Shown piece by piece: positions 19,202-28,169 of a DNA stretch of 64,000 nt; positions within the stretch are counted from its first letter, which is position 1, and each line of letters starts with the position of its first letter. This DNA is from Myxococcota bacterium (GTDB lineage: Bacteria > Myxococcota_A > UBA796 > UBA2385). The notes beneath the pieces were generated by a model. It searched no databases. It saw only the letters and a list, made by a program, of their open reading frames with translations, and had not been told where the DNA came from. Location of the stretch: positions 96,001-160,000 of the forward strand of contig JBIJDH010000002.1 in NCBI GenBank assembly GCA_044344255.1, read 5' to 3'. The position numbers and the translations under genes are program-made.

Positions 19202-20773
19202 TCAAGGCGATCGGAGGGCGCCGCGGATGAGCGCCGCGCGGCGGTGAAGGTCTGCGGAGAGCTCGGCGGTGGGGGCCCCCCCGTCGCGGAGGCCCGCTGC
19301 CGCGGGCTCGAGGGTGGCCTCAAGGGCAGCCACCGCCTCGGCCAGCGCGGAGGTGGGGGGCTCCCCCTCGTCGAGCTGGGTGTCGATCTCGTCGGCGGCC
19401 CCGAGGAGATCGAGGCGGATGGGATCGGGGAGGCCCCGCAGCAGGGCCTGTCGCCGGAGGTCCTGGAGGGCCCCGCGCAGGCCCTGAAGTGCGGGATCGA
19501 CGGCTTGGGCCGAGGGACGGAGGCGGATCGCGTCTCGGAGCTCGGCGTCGACGCGCCCGGCGGCCAGCAGGCGCTGGGTGAGCAAGGCCGCCCCGGCGAG
19601 GCCGCCGAGGAGGCCGCCGAGGGCCAGCGCCGCCAGGAGCCCGAGCGCGAGGCTCAACAGCAGGGTGCCCGCGAGGCCGCCGGCGAGCGCGAGGGCCAGG
19701 GCGGGGAGGATGGCTCCGCCCCTGCGGGAGACAATCTCAAGGGGCACCCCCGCCCGATCGAGGTCGACGCGCAGGCGGTCGAGCTCGGCCGCGTCCCGCC
19801 CTCCAGCGAGGAAGACCGGGAGCCCGCGCCGCGCCGCCTCGTCGAGGAGGTCGCGGTCGAGCCCAGCGAGCGCGGCGAGGCGGCGACGGAGGCTCTGCGG
19901 TTGGAGGGCGACCCTCGCCACGAGGGCGAGCTCGGGCAGGGCGACGTCGAGCTGCGCAGAGGGGGGGGAGGGGACCGACACGCGGGGCGGGCGCGCCTGC
20001 GACGCGGCGGAGGGGACCGGGCCTGAGAGCGAGAGGGGGAGCGAGAGGGGGAGCGAGAGGGGGAGCGAGAGGGGGAGCGAGAGGGGGAGCGGGGAGGGGA
20101 GGGTGGGAGAGAGGGCCGCGATGGCGGTCAAGCGGGCGGCGGCGTCGAGGCCGAGCAGCGCCCGCAGCGCGCTGTCCAGCGCGTCGGGCGCGTCGGGGCG
20201 GGCGTCCCGTACCTTCCGGGGGCTGGCCTGGGCGCGGCGGAGGGCATCGACAGCGCCCCCTTCGACGGGCGCCAGGCCGGTGACCGCCTCGAAGACCACG
20301 ACCCCGAGCCCATAGAGGGCTCGCGCGGCGGGAGCGCCCGACGACTCCGGGGCGGAGTAGCGCGAAGGGCGCAGGCCCTCGTCACCGCGGTGCAGGCCGG
20401 AGGGGGCGAAGACGGGCCGCCCATCGGCGTCGAGGGCCAGGTCAACGGGCTCGAGGATGCCCCCGGTGGCCTCTCCGGCCTCGATGATCCGCGCCCCGAG
20501 CGTGGAGAGGATCGCCAGCGCCTCCGCCGGCTCGACGCGAAGGTCGGAGCCCCACGGGCGGCCGATCGGCGCGCGGACGGCGATGGGGCGGCCGCCCTCG
20601 ACGCCGACCGCGAGGACGGCGAGCCGGCCGCCCTCGGCGGGGGTCACCTGCTGGGCGCGCTCGAAGCGCCCACGGGCGTCGGGCCGCAGCAGGACGGCCC
20701 CCTGGGGGCTGAGGAGCTCGACGGCGGCGCCGCTGTGGAGGTCGGTCGCGGCTTGCCGGCGAAGCTCACCCAC
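19202..20773 (-). CDS. Membrane protein with a degenerate Ser/Thr kinase-like N-terminal domain
   Basis: YSAPE and LYGLGVVVFEAVTG (kinase subdomains VIII and IX); no HRD or DFG; TM hairpin in the C-terminal half. Start codon uncertain. Confidence 0.55.
   Translation of the reverse strand: MGELRRQAATDLHSGAAVELLSPQGAVLLRPDARGRFERAQQVTPAEGGRLAVLAVGVEGGRPIAVRAPIGRPWGSDLRVEPAEALAILSTLGARIIEAGEATGGILEPVDLALDADGRPVFAPSGLHRGDEGLRPSRYSAPESSGAPAARALYGLGVVVFEAVTGLAPVEGGAVDALRRAQASPRKVRDARPDAPDALDSALRALLGLDAAARLTAIAALSPTLPSPLPLSLPLSLPLSLPLSLPLSLSGPVPSAASQARPPRVSVPSPPSAQLDVALPELALVARVALQPQSLRRRLAALAGLDRDLLDEAARRGLPVFLAGGRDAAELDRLRVDLDRAGVPLEIVSRRGGAILPALALALAGGLAGTLLLSLALGLLAALALGGLLGGLAGAALLTQRLLAAGRVDAELRDAIRLRPSAQAVDPALQGLRGALQDLRRQALLRGLPDPIRLDLLGAADEIDTQLDEGEPPTSALAEAVAALEATLEPAAAGLRDGGAPTAELSADLHRRAALIRGALRSP
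20027..20086. repeat. 12-bp tandem repeat x5 (gagcgagagggg), encoding (PLSL)n on the minus strand
   Basis: Five perfect copies read directly. Confidence 0.95.
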
Positions 20774-20921
20774 GTCCGGCAGCGGGGAGCCGGCTTCGAA
20801 TCGACCGAAGAGGGGGGTGCCTGGGCGGACGATCTCGGACAGGTTTGGCTCCTCTCCGAACGTCGTATCGCGGCCTGCCGAGGCGGGCAGCCGCTACACT
20901 GGACACCGATAAGGGGTGTGG

Positions 20922-21569
20922 ATGGAGCGTGAGGAGGCCGAGGCGGGCTGGTTCTGGGGGCGGCTGTTGCCCGCGGTGATCACCGCGGCCTACCGTCTCC
21001 TCGCCGCCACCTGGCGGGTGGAGCGACGTGGGGAGCCCCTGCTCGCCGAGGCGCTCGCAGAGGGCCCCGTCATCTTCTGCTTCTGGCACGGTGAGCAGCT
21101 CCCCCTCATCCAGGCCCACGCCCACCAGGGTATTCACGGCGTCGTCTCGCGCAGCCGAGACGGGGCGCTGCTCGCTCGGGTCCTGGCGCGGCTCGGGTAC
21201 GGGCTCATCCGTGGGAGCTCCAGCCGGGGAGGCGCCGTCGCGCTGCTCGGGGCCGTCCGCGGCTTGCGGCAGGGGCGCTCCATCGCCGTCGCCGTGGACG
21301 GGCCGCGTGGTCCGCGACACGTCGTCAAGCCGGGCGCGCTCCAGCTCTCCGCCCTTGGGCGCCGCCCCATCCTGTTCGCGGTCAGCCACTGCCCGACGGC
21401 CAAGGCGCTCGGCAGCTGGGACCGGTTCGTGGTGCCCGCGCCCTTCTCCCGCGTCTTCATCGCTTACGGGCGCATGGAGCCTCCCGAGGACGTAGAGGCC
21501 GGACGAGCTGGCCTCGCCGAGGCGATGGAGGCGCTCGGCCAGCGCTTGTCTGCCGACGGGCTGGGTTGA
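20922..21569 (+). CDS. DUF374 / lysophospholipid acyltransferase family protein
   Basis: FWHG, SRSRDG, RGSSSRGG, DGPRGP and SWDRFVVPAPFSR motifs. Confidence 0.9.
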   Translation: MEREEAEAGWFWGRLLPAVITAAYRLLAATWRVERRGEPLLAEALAEGPVIFCFWHGEQLPLIQAHAHQGIHGVVSRSRDGALLARVLARLGYGLIRGSSSRGGAVALLGAVRGLRQGRSIAVAVDGPRGPRHVVKPGALQLSALGRRPILFAVSHCPTAKALGSWDRFVVPAPFSRVFIAYGRMEPPEDVEAGRAGLAEAMEALGQRLSADGLG

Positions 21570-21593
21570 CGACCGCCGACACCCGCGGCGCGC

Positions 21594-21890
21594 TCAGGCC
21601 TTCCAGTGGATCCGCATTCGAAACTGGCCGTCCGAAGGGGACTTCGACACGGAGACCATCGAGGCGCTGTCGACCTTGACGCCGAATTCGAGCTCGACGG
21701 CGGCGTGCTTCGGGGCGCCCTCCATGATCAGGGCGAGCTGGTTCGCCATCGTCCCGGAGAGGCTGATCACGTTGCGGATGACATCGTCGGGGTGGAACTC
21801 CACCGCCGAGGCCGCCTTGGCGAAGCCACCGACCTGCTCGCACTCGAGGTAGACGATCGTGTTGCTGTCAATTCGAGACTCGAGGAGCAC
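21594..21890 (-). CDS. Trypsin-co-occurring domain (Trypco1 / CU044_2847-like) small protein
   Basis: 98 aa; helix followed by P..VELEFGVKV...VSKS...QFRMRIHW, matching the Trypco1 pattern as I recall it. Confidence 0.6.
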   Translation of the reverse strand: MLLESRIDSNTIVYLECEQVGGFAKAASAVEFHPDDVIRNVISLSGTMANQLALIMEGAPKHAAVELEFGVKVDSASMVSVSKSPSDGQFRMRIHWKA

Positions 21891-21905
21891 GGGGGCCGCC
21901 CTGGT

Positions 21906-22112
21906 TCAGGTTTCGTCTGCTTCCTTCTTCGCCTTCGCGCCCTTCGGTGGGGGCGGGCGGTTGAGGCGGGCCATCACCACCTGGGCGTCGTCGTTGGGGA
22001 CGCCCGGCTTCTCGTAGGCCACGATGGTCTCGGGGGCCTCGGCGGAGTAGTCCCCGGAGAAGCGCTGCACGACACCCTTCAAGCGACTCAGCACCTTGTC
22101 GCGCAAGCCCAT
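21906..22112 (-). CDS. Small hypothetical protein
   Basis: GGAGG RBS upstream; good codon bias; co-oriented with its neighbours. Confidence 0.65.
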   Translation of the reverse strand: MGLRDKVLSRLKGVVQRFSGDYSAEAPETIVAYEKPGVPNDDAQVVMARLNRPPPPKGAKAKKEADET

Positions 22113-22220
22113 GATCACCTCCCTCGTGCCCTCCTAAGTCGTTTCACGGCCACCGTCAGGGCAGGTCGCCCCAGGGGGGCAATCGGGGAGGGCGACGGAG
22201 GAGGACGTTCGGAGAGGGTG

Positions 22221-23075
22221 TCAGGGTGTCGCGCCGCGGCCATCGCTCGCGCGGCGATCGGCCACCTGCAGGAGGAGCTCGGTCTCTTGCACGGGCACCC
22301 GCTCGGACAGGGCCTGAAAGAGGGCCTCGGCGCCGCTGACGGAGTATCGCGCGCCGGCGGCCTCCGTGGGCACGAAGACGTCTCGCTCCGGTCGGGAGCT
22401 CTCCACGTAGAAGCTCCGATCTCGCGGGCGCAAGTGGAGCCGGACGATGGCGGAGATCGGGAGGGCCGAGCCTTCCCCGTGGGGGGTGCTCAGTCGGAGG
22501 GCGTCCCCTTCGAGCGCCATCCAGGAACCCCAGAGGGGATCGGCCTGCGTGCGGCGGGCGAAGAGGGTCGCGAAGAGGCCCGTGGGCAGCGCCGCGAGGG
22601 AGCCCCAGTCGAGGGCGCCCCGTTGGGCGGCCCAGAGGGACCACAGCACACAAGCGGTCCCCGCGGCGGCGAGCAGCAGCGGGACCTGAGGGCGCCGCGG
22701 TAGCACCCGATGACGGCCTGGGGCGGGCGGCGCGATCGGGATCCGGAAGAGGATGGCGAGGACACGAGCCGCGATCAGGGCGAGCGCGGTGGCCGCGCCC
22801 AGGTGCAGCGCCTGCTCTCCGTCGGCGCCGATCGGGGAGAGCGTGGTCAGCCAGAGCAGGAGCGGCGGCCACAGGAGGGCGGCCGCGCCGATGCCCGCGC
22901 CACCGTGCGACGCCCAGCGGTAGGCGCGGGCCCCCTCGGTGGGCCCGGACGCGGCCTCCCCGGGGGGAGGCGGGTTGGAGCTGCTCTCTTTGGCCGTCAT
23001 CCCCGCGCGGTCCTCCTCCGGCCTGGCGTCCCGGGCGAGGTCCGGCCGCAGGTCGGTCTCCGCGTGTGGTATCAC
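22221..23075 (-). CDS. Hypothetical membrane protein (about 4 TM, soluble C-terminal domain)
   Basis: Hydrophobic segments; fills the gap between confident genes. Start codon uncertain. Confidence 0.6.
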   Translation of the reverse strand: MIPHAETDLRPDLARDARPEEDRAGMTAKESSSNPPPPGEAASGPTEGARAYRWASHGGAGIGAAALLWPPLLLWLTTLSPIGADGEQALHLGAATALALIAARVLAILFRIPIAPPAPGRHRVLPRRPQVPLLLAAAGTACVLWSLWAAQRGALDWGSLAALPTGLFATLFARRTQADPLWGSWMALEGDALRLSTPHGEGSALPISAIVRLHLRPRDRSFYVESSRPERDVFVPTEAAGARYSVSGAEALFQALSERVPVQETELLLQVADRRASDGRGATP

Positions 23076-23110
23076 GGACCGGTCGGCGCCTGACGCGCCC
23101 GGGAGGCCCC

Positions 23111-23650
23111 ATGGAAGGTCAACTGACCTTGGAGGGAGTCATAAATTTCTTGTTGGAGACTCCGCTCTTCGCGGATCTCGACCCCACCGAGCTCGCTGAG
23201 ATCGTGCGCATCATGCAGGTCCAGCGGCTGCGCCCGGGTCAGTCGGTGTTTCGAGAAGGTGAGGTCGGAGACGCCTGGTTCGTGATCTACGAGGGCCGCG
23301 CTTCCGTCTCCAAGGACAATGGATTCGGTCCCGCGCGCAACATCGCGAACCTCGAGCCCCATGCTTGTTTCGGAGAGATGGCGGTGCTCGATGGTTCGGA
23401 GCGCTCGGCCACCGTGAAGGCGGAGACCGAGCTCACGCTGTTCCGCTTCCGTCGCGCTCCCTTCCAGGACCTGATGGAGGAGGGCAGCCTCGCGGCCTTC
23501 AAGTTGGTGACCGCGATGGCGCGGGTGCTCTGCGCGCGGCAACGAAGCTTGAACCGTCAGATCGCCGACCTGCTGGAGCGGGAGGCGGATCACGGTCCGG
23601 TCAAGCAGGGCCTCGGGCCGATCATCGACAATTACTCGGTCTCCGAGTAG
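23111..23650 (+). CDS. Stand-alone cyclic nucleotide-binding domain protein
   Basis: VFREGEVGD.WFVIYEG, CFGEMAVLDG and RSATVKA motifs; GGAGG RBS; no HTH. Confidence 0.9.
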   Translation: MEGQLTLEGVINFLLETPLFADLDPTELAEIVRIMQVQRLRPGQSVFREGEVGDAWFVIYEGRASVSKDNGFGPARNIANLEPHACFGEMAVLDGSERSATVKAETELTLFRFRRAPFQDLMEEGSLAAFKLVTAMARVLCARQRSLNRQIADLLEREADHGPVKQGLGPIIDNYSVSE

Positions 23651-24321
23651 TGCGGCGGGCAGCGGGCCTCGGCCCCCTGCTCTGGTTCGTCGGCGCAGGC
23701 CTGTGCTGGCCCGCCGAGGTCGCTGGGGGAACCCCGAGCGGCCCGCCAGCGCTGCTGCTGTCGGTGGAGGCCGAGTCGGTCTTCGCGGCTCGGCTCCCCG
23801 GGTTGGTGGGCCTCGCCGCGGAGCCCGCTTGCCGGAGCGTGGGAGACGGGCTCGCGCTCTGCCTCGTCATCCGCGAGGGAGCGGGCGGTCGGCGGCTGAG
23901 CCTCGCGGACCTCGCGGGCTGGGGGCTGACCCTGTTCGAGGCGGAGCGCGCGGCGCGGGCGTCGGCTGAGCTGGCCTGGGAGGCCCACCCCGCCGAGGTG
24001 AGCTCGGTGGAAGGTATGAAGGGGCGCTATTGGCTGCGCATGGAGGGAGATGGCGCTGATGGCGCGGCGCCCCTGCTCCCGGAGCGCCTCGCCACGGCGG
24101 CAGGGGGATCGCCGGTGGTCGCCTTCCCCCAACACGGCGTGGTGCTCTTCTGGCTCCCCGGGGATGCGGACTTTGACCGCGTGATGGCCGTCGGGGTCAA
24201 GCGCATGGCCGAGGCGGCCGCGGAGCCGGTGAGCGGCCGGGTCTATCGTTGGTCGGGCGGTCGCTGGGAGGTCTGGGGGGAGGCTCGGCCGCCGGCTGGT
24301 GGGGGGAGCCCGCCGGGTTAG
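23650..24321 (+). CDS. Hypothetical exported protein
   Basis: GTG overlaps the upstream TAG; N-terminal hydrophobic stretch; 3' part of ORF 23365..24321. Confidence 0.55.
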   Translation: MRRAAGLGPLLWFVGAGLCWPAEVAGGTPSGPPALLLSVEAESVFAARLPGLVGLAAEPACRSVGDGLALCLVIREGAGGRRLSLADLAGWGLTLFEAERAARASAELAWEAHPAEVSSVEGMKGRYWLRMEGDGADGAAPLLPERLATAAGGSPVVAFPQHGVVLFWLPGDADFDRVMAVGVKRMAEAAAEPVSGRVYRWSGGRWEVWGEARPPAGGGSPPG

Positions 24322-24345
24322 GGCCGCCCGCAACGCGGAGGGCAG

Positions 24346-25104
24346 ATGGGAATCATCCGAAGCTGGGTGGGGCGCGCCGGACGACGGGCGGCCTCGGTCG
24401 TGGCGGGCCTGGTGGGGGAGGATGAGCTCTTCGAGAAGGTGGGTGAGCGGCCGAAGCAGGCCCCCCTGCCCCCTGCGCCGTCGGCGCCTCTGTCCCCGGC
24501 GCCTCTGTCCCCGGCGCCTCTGTCCCCGGCGCCTGTGTCGCCGGCGCCTGTGCCGCGCTCCGCCACACCCCCGCGGGCCCCCGCGCCCCACCCCGCCGCG
24601 CCCCGGTCGTCGTCGTCGGTGTCTTCGCCTCGGGTGCCTTCGACCCGGCCTGCGCAGGCGACCTGGGCCACGCTCGATCAGCTCCGTGCGGCGGTCGGCC
24701 CCGGTGGTCGGTGGAGGGTGGTCAATCATTGGGCCACCTGGTGCATCCCCTGCGTCGAGGAGTTCCCCGCCCTCCGCGCCCTCCACGCCGCCTTGGGCCA
24801 AGAGGTCGACATGTTCGGGATCTCCTGGGACATGTTTGATCCGCGCGGCGACGAGGACGACATCCAGGAGCACGTCGAGAACTTCGCCGTCGGCCACTCG
24901 GTCGGCTGGCCCTCGCTGATCATCGAGGGGCGGATCAAGCCGGAGTCCTTCTTCGCCGCCTTCGAGCTGTCCTACGACAAGATCCCCCAGACGTGGGTGG
25001 TCTCCCCCGAGGGGTTGGTGGTGCGGCGCGTGAACGGCGCGCTCGACGCCGCTGGCGGCCAGGAGCTGCGCGCCTTCATCGAACAGCAGCTCAAAGGCGC
25101 ATGA
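24346..25104 (+). CDS. TlpA/ResA-like thiol-disulfide oxidoreductase with Pro-rich N-terminus
   Basis: VVNHWATWCIPCVEEFP; IPQTWVVSPEG. Confidence 0.88.
   Translation: MGIIRSWVGRAGRRAASVVAGLVGEDELFEKVGERPKQAPLPPAPSAPLSPAPLSPAPLSPAPVSPAPVPRSATPPRAPAPHPAAPRSSSSVSSPRVPSTRPAQATWATLDQLRAAVGPGGRWRVVNHWATWCIPCVEEFPALRALHAALGQEVDMFGISWDMFDPRGDEDDIQEHVENFAVGHSVGWPSLIIEGRIKPESFFAAFELSYDKIPQTWVVSPEGLVVRRVNGALDAAGGQELRAFIEQQLKGA
24483..24552. repeat. 15-bp tandem repeat (ggcgcctctgtcccc) x3 plus degenerate copies, encoding APLSP
   Basis: Read directly from the sequence. Confidence 0.9.
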
Positions 25105-26666
25105 GCCCCGCGCCGAAGGTCGGGCGACGCCGCACCCTCGCCGCCCTCTCGCTGATCCTGGTGTTCGCGTGCCGACCCCCGCCGCCGCCGCCGCTGCCGA
25201 CCGGTGACCCGCCGGGGCACTTCGTCCTCGCCCACACCAACGACCTCCACGCCCACTTCTTGCCGAACCGCGCCGAGTGGCTGGATGGGGGGCCGAAGCT
25301 CGGCGGCTTTGATGCCATCGGCTCCGAGCTCCGCGCGCTCCGGGCGACCCACGGCGAGTCGGCGGTGCTCTACCTCGACTCCGGTGACATCCTCTCCGGG
25401 ACGCCCTTGATGGAATTCCCCGTACACGGCGTCGCGGGGGGCGCGATGCTCGACCTGCTCGACGCTGCAGGCTGCGGCGCCTGGGCCATCGGTAACCACG
25501 AGCTCGATCGGGGGTGGGAGAACCTCGCGGCCATGGTCAAGGCGAGCCCGATGCCTGCGCTCTCGGCCAACCTGCACCGCGCCGGGCACAAGGGCGAGCC
25601 GGCCTTCCCCGGCCAGAAGACACACGAGATCTTCGAGGTGAACGGGCTCCGGGTGGGGGTGTTCGGCCTCACCACCACATCGCTCGCCCGCCTCGCCAGC
25701 AAGGACGCGATGGATCGCATCCTGGTCGAGGACCTCGCGCCCGCGGCCCGTCGGGAGGTCGCGCTGCTCGAGCCGGAGGTCGACCTCGTCGTCGCGCTCA
25801 CGCACGTCGGCCTCGACGACGATCGCCGCCTCGCGGCGGAGGTGGATGGGATCGACCTCATCGTCGGCGGGCACACGCACACGCGCCTCGTGCCGCCGGT
25901 CCGGGTGAAGGACACCTGGATCGTGCAGGCAGGGTCCTACGCGCGCCAGCTCGGCGTGGCGGAGCTGCAGGTGGAGGGCGGTCGCATCGTCTCCTTCCAG
26001 GACGAGCTGCGCGACCTTTGGCCCGACCGGGCCCCGATGGCCCCGCCGGACGACCTCCATCGTGTGGTGCGAGAGTGGCAGGGCGTCGTGGCGGAGCGCT
26101 TCGACGTGCCCATCGGCAGCGTCGAGGTCGATCTCACCCGGGACGGTCGGCGAGAGAGCCCGATCGGGCGCTTCGCCGCGGCGGTCTGCCGGAGCGCGCT
26201 GTCCGCTGATCTAGGCCTCTACAACGGGAGCGGGGTGCGGGGAGATCTGGTGGCGGGGCCGATCACCCTCGCCGACCTCTACGAGGTCTTCCCTTTCCCG
26301 AACGAGATCGTGAGCTTTCACCTCACCGGCAGCGAGCTTGTTCAGCTGCTGCTCAGCGGGCTCCAGGGTGAGCTCTCGGGGAGGAAAGCGCCGCTCCAGT
26401 GGTCGGGCCTCAGCTACTCGTGGCGGGAGCGGCTGGGGTCCCCAGAGCTCGTCACCGTGGAGATCGGCGGCAAGGCCCTCCAAGTCGATGCGACCTACTC
26501 CGTCGCCACCAACAGCTTCGTCGCCGAACAATGGGCCTCCCAGCTCGGGATGGACCCCGGCCCCCTGCGCTCCTCCGGGGTGCTCGTACTCGACGCCGCC
26601 GAGCGGCTGGTGCGTCAGGGACCGCTGAGCGCCTCGCTTCGGCCCTCCGGCTTCAAGGTCCAGTAG
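25101..26666 (+). CDS. Bifunctional metallophosphatase / 5'-nucleotidase (lipoprotein)
   Basis: HTNDLH, DSGD, GNHE, LTHVG, GGHTH, YNGSGVRG and FPFPN motifs; lipobox VFAC. Confidence 0.92.
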   Translation: MSPAPKVGRRRTLAALSLILVFACRPPPPPPLPTGDPPGHFVLAHTNDLHAHFLPNRAEWLDGGPKLGGFDAIGSELRALRATHGESAVLYLDSGDILSGTPLMEFPVHGVAGGAMLDLLDAAGCGAWAIGNHELDRGWENLAAMVKASPMPALSANLHRAGHKGEPAFPGQKTHEIFEVNGLRVGVFGLTTTSLARLASKDAMDRILVEDLAPAARREVALLEPEVDLVVALTHVGLDDDRRLAAEVDGIDLIVGGHTHTRLVPPVRVKDTWIVQAGSYARQLGVAELQVEGGRIVSFQDELRDLWPDRAPMAPPDDLHRVVREWQGVVAERFDVPIGSVEVDLTRDGRRESPIGRFAAAVCRSALSADLGLYNGSGVRGDLVAGPITLADLYEVFPFPNEIVSFHLTGSELVQLLLSGLQGELSGRKAPLQWSGLSYSWRERLGSPELVTVEIGGKALQVDATYSVATNSFVAEQWASQLGMDPGPLRSSGVLVLDAAERLVRQGPLSASLRPSGFKVQ

Positions 26667-26703
26667 GCGCGGCCCGGTCGGGCGCCCCTCGGGCCCGAAG
26701 CGC

Positions 26704-28101
26704 TCAGTGTGCGGCGGAGTTGGACTTCGGTCGGGCGTTCCAGATCGGGATGCAGAGGCCGAGGCCGATGAGGGCCATCACGATCATCGGCGCAGGCCAG
26801 ACTGTCCAGTTCGCGGGGTCCTTCGCGGCCTCTCCCTTGGGGAGGATGCTGCCGTACAGGAAGGCCTGGGTCCCGGTGCCGAGGTAGACGAAGCCGTCGA
26901 TGATGCCGGTGACCGCGCCCGCGTTCTTCGAGCCGCCGAAGTCCATCGAGGCCGTGCCGCTCAGCATCCCGTGGACGCCGATCACGCAGAGCGACATGAA
27001 CACCATCGCCCATCCGAGGGCGGGGCTCCCCACCGCGAAGAAGGCCACCACGGCGCCGAAGAGGAGGCCCGCGTAGAGCACGCTGGCCACCGGGCCGCGG
27101 CGGCTGCCGAAGACGTGGTCGGAGATCAGCCCCGCGAAGACCCCGCCGAGGATGCCGGCCACACAGAGCAGCATGCCCCAGTTGGTGTAGACGAAGCTGT
27201 CTCCTTCGCCGACCAGCTTCGCGAAGGAGCGGTACTGCTTCATCACGGCCTGGCGGAGAAAGCCAGAGCAGAACTCGATCGCGATGATCAGCCAGATGAC
27301 CCTGTTCGAGAACATCCGTCGAAGCACGGTGCCGAGGGGGGCGGAGCCTCCTTCGCCCGAGGAGGCGTCGCCGGTGTTGAAGTCCAGAAAGCCGGCGGTC
27401 GATGGACTGTCCCTCACAAAGAACGCGGTGACGGCGACGCAGGCGGCCAGCACGCCGGCCGGCACCCAAAAGGCGAAGGCGAAGCCGAAGGCCTTGGCGA
27501 GGGCGAGGCTCCAGTCGTAGGAGAAGTAGAGCCCGAGGGAGATGAGGATGCCGAAGAGGGCGCCGAGGACGCCCCGCTCACGCACGTGGAACCAGGGGGC
27601 GTTGACCTTGACGATGCTCACCGCGCCGAAGCTCTGAAAGTACATGTTGACCGCGTTGAGGATGAGCAGGCGCTCCCGGAGGGTCTCGGCGTCAGCCGCG
27701 CCCGAGACGGTCTGCTGCATCGTGATCGCCATCCCGACGTTGACGATCGCGGAAGCGGCGGTGGCGACGAGCATCGTGGCGCGCCCCCCGAAGCGGTCGG
27801 TGAGCGGGCCGTTGATCAGGAAGGCGATGCCGTAGGTCCAGGCGCCCACGCCGTCGATCTCGTTGAAGGCCTCCTTGGTGAGGATGCCGGCCTTGTCGAG
27901 CTCGCCGACGATCGCGGAGAGGTTGTAGCGCCCGAAATATAGGAAGGCGTAGGCGAAGCCCAGCGGCACCCAGTTTTGGACGCGTCGCCGCTTGAAGGCC
28001 TCGCTGTGACCGAGCTCCACCTTGGGCAGCCGAGCGACCACAACCCCCACCGCGATCAGCAAGAGGAGGATGGGGAGGAGCTTCTCAAGCCAGACGGGCA
28101 T
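26704..28101 (-). CDS. MFS transporter, GlpT/UhpC (organophosphate:Pi antiporter) family
   Basis: YFGRYN, GPLTDRFGGR, WFHVRERG and GIIDGFVYLG motifs; about 12 TM. Confidence 0.88.
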   Translation of the reverse strand: MPVWLEKLLPILLLLIAVGVVVARLPKVELGHSEAFKRRRVQNWVPLGFAYAFLYFGRYNLSAIVGELDKAGILTKEAFNEIDGVGAWTYGIAFLINGPLTDRFGGRATMLVATAASAIVNVGMAITMQQTVSGAADAETLRERLLILNAVNMYFQSFGAVSIVKVNAPWFHVRERGVLGALFGILISLGLYFSYDWSLALAKAFGFAFAFWVPAGVLAACVAVTAFFVRDSPSTAGFLDFNTGDASSGEGGSAPLGTVLRRMFSNRVIWLIIAIEFCSGFLRQAVMKQYRSFAKLVGEGDSFVYTNWGMLLCVAGILGGVFAGLISDHVFGSRRGPVASVLYAGLLFGAVVAFFAVGSPALGWAMVFMSLCVIGVHGMLSGTASMDFGGSKNAGAVTGIIDGFVYLGTGTQAFLYGSILPKGEAAKDPANWTVWPAPMIVMALIGLGLCIPIWNARPKSNSAAH

Positions 28102-28169
28102 CGTTTACCTCGGGGAGCGGCTGGTTCGCCGGAGCGCCCGAGGGCACCGTCGGCGTTGGGTCGGGTATC

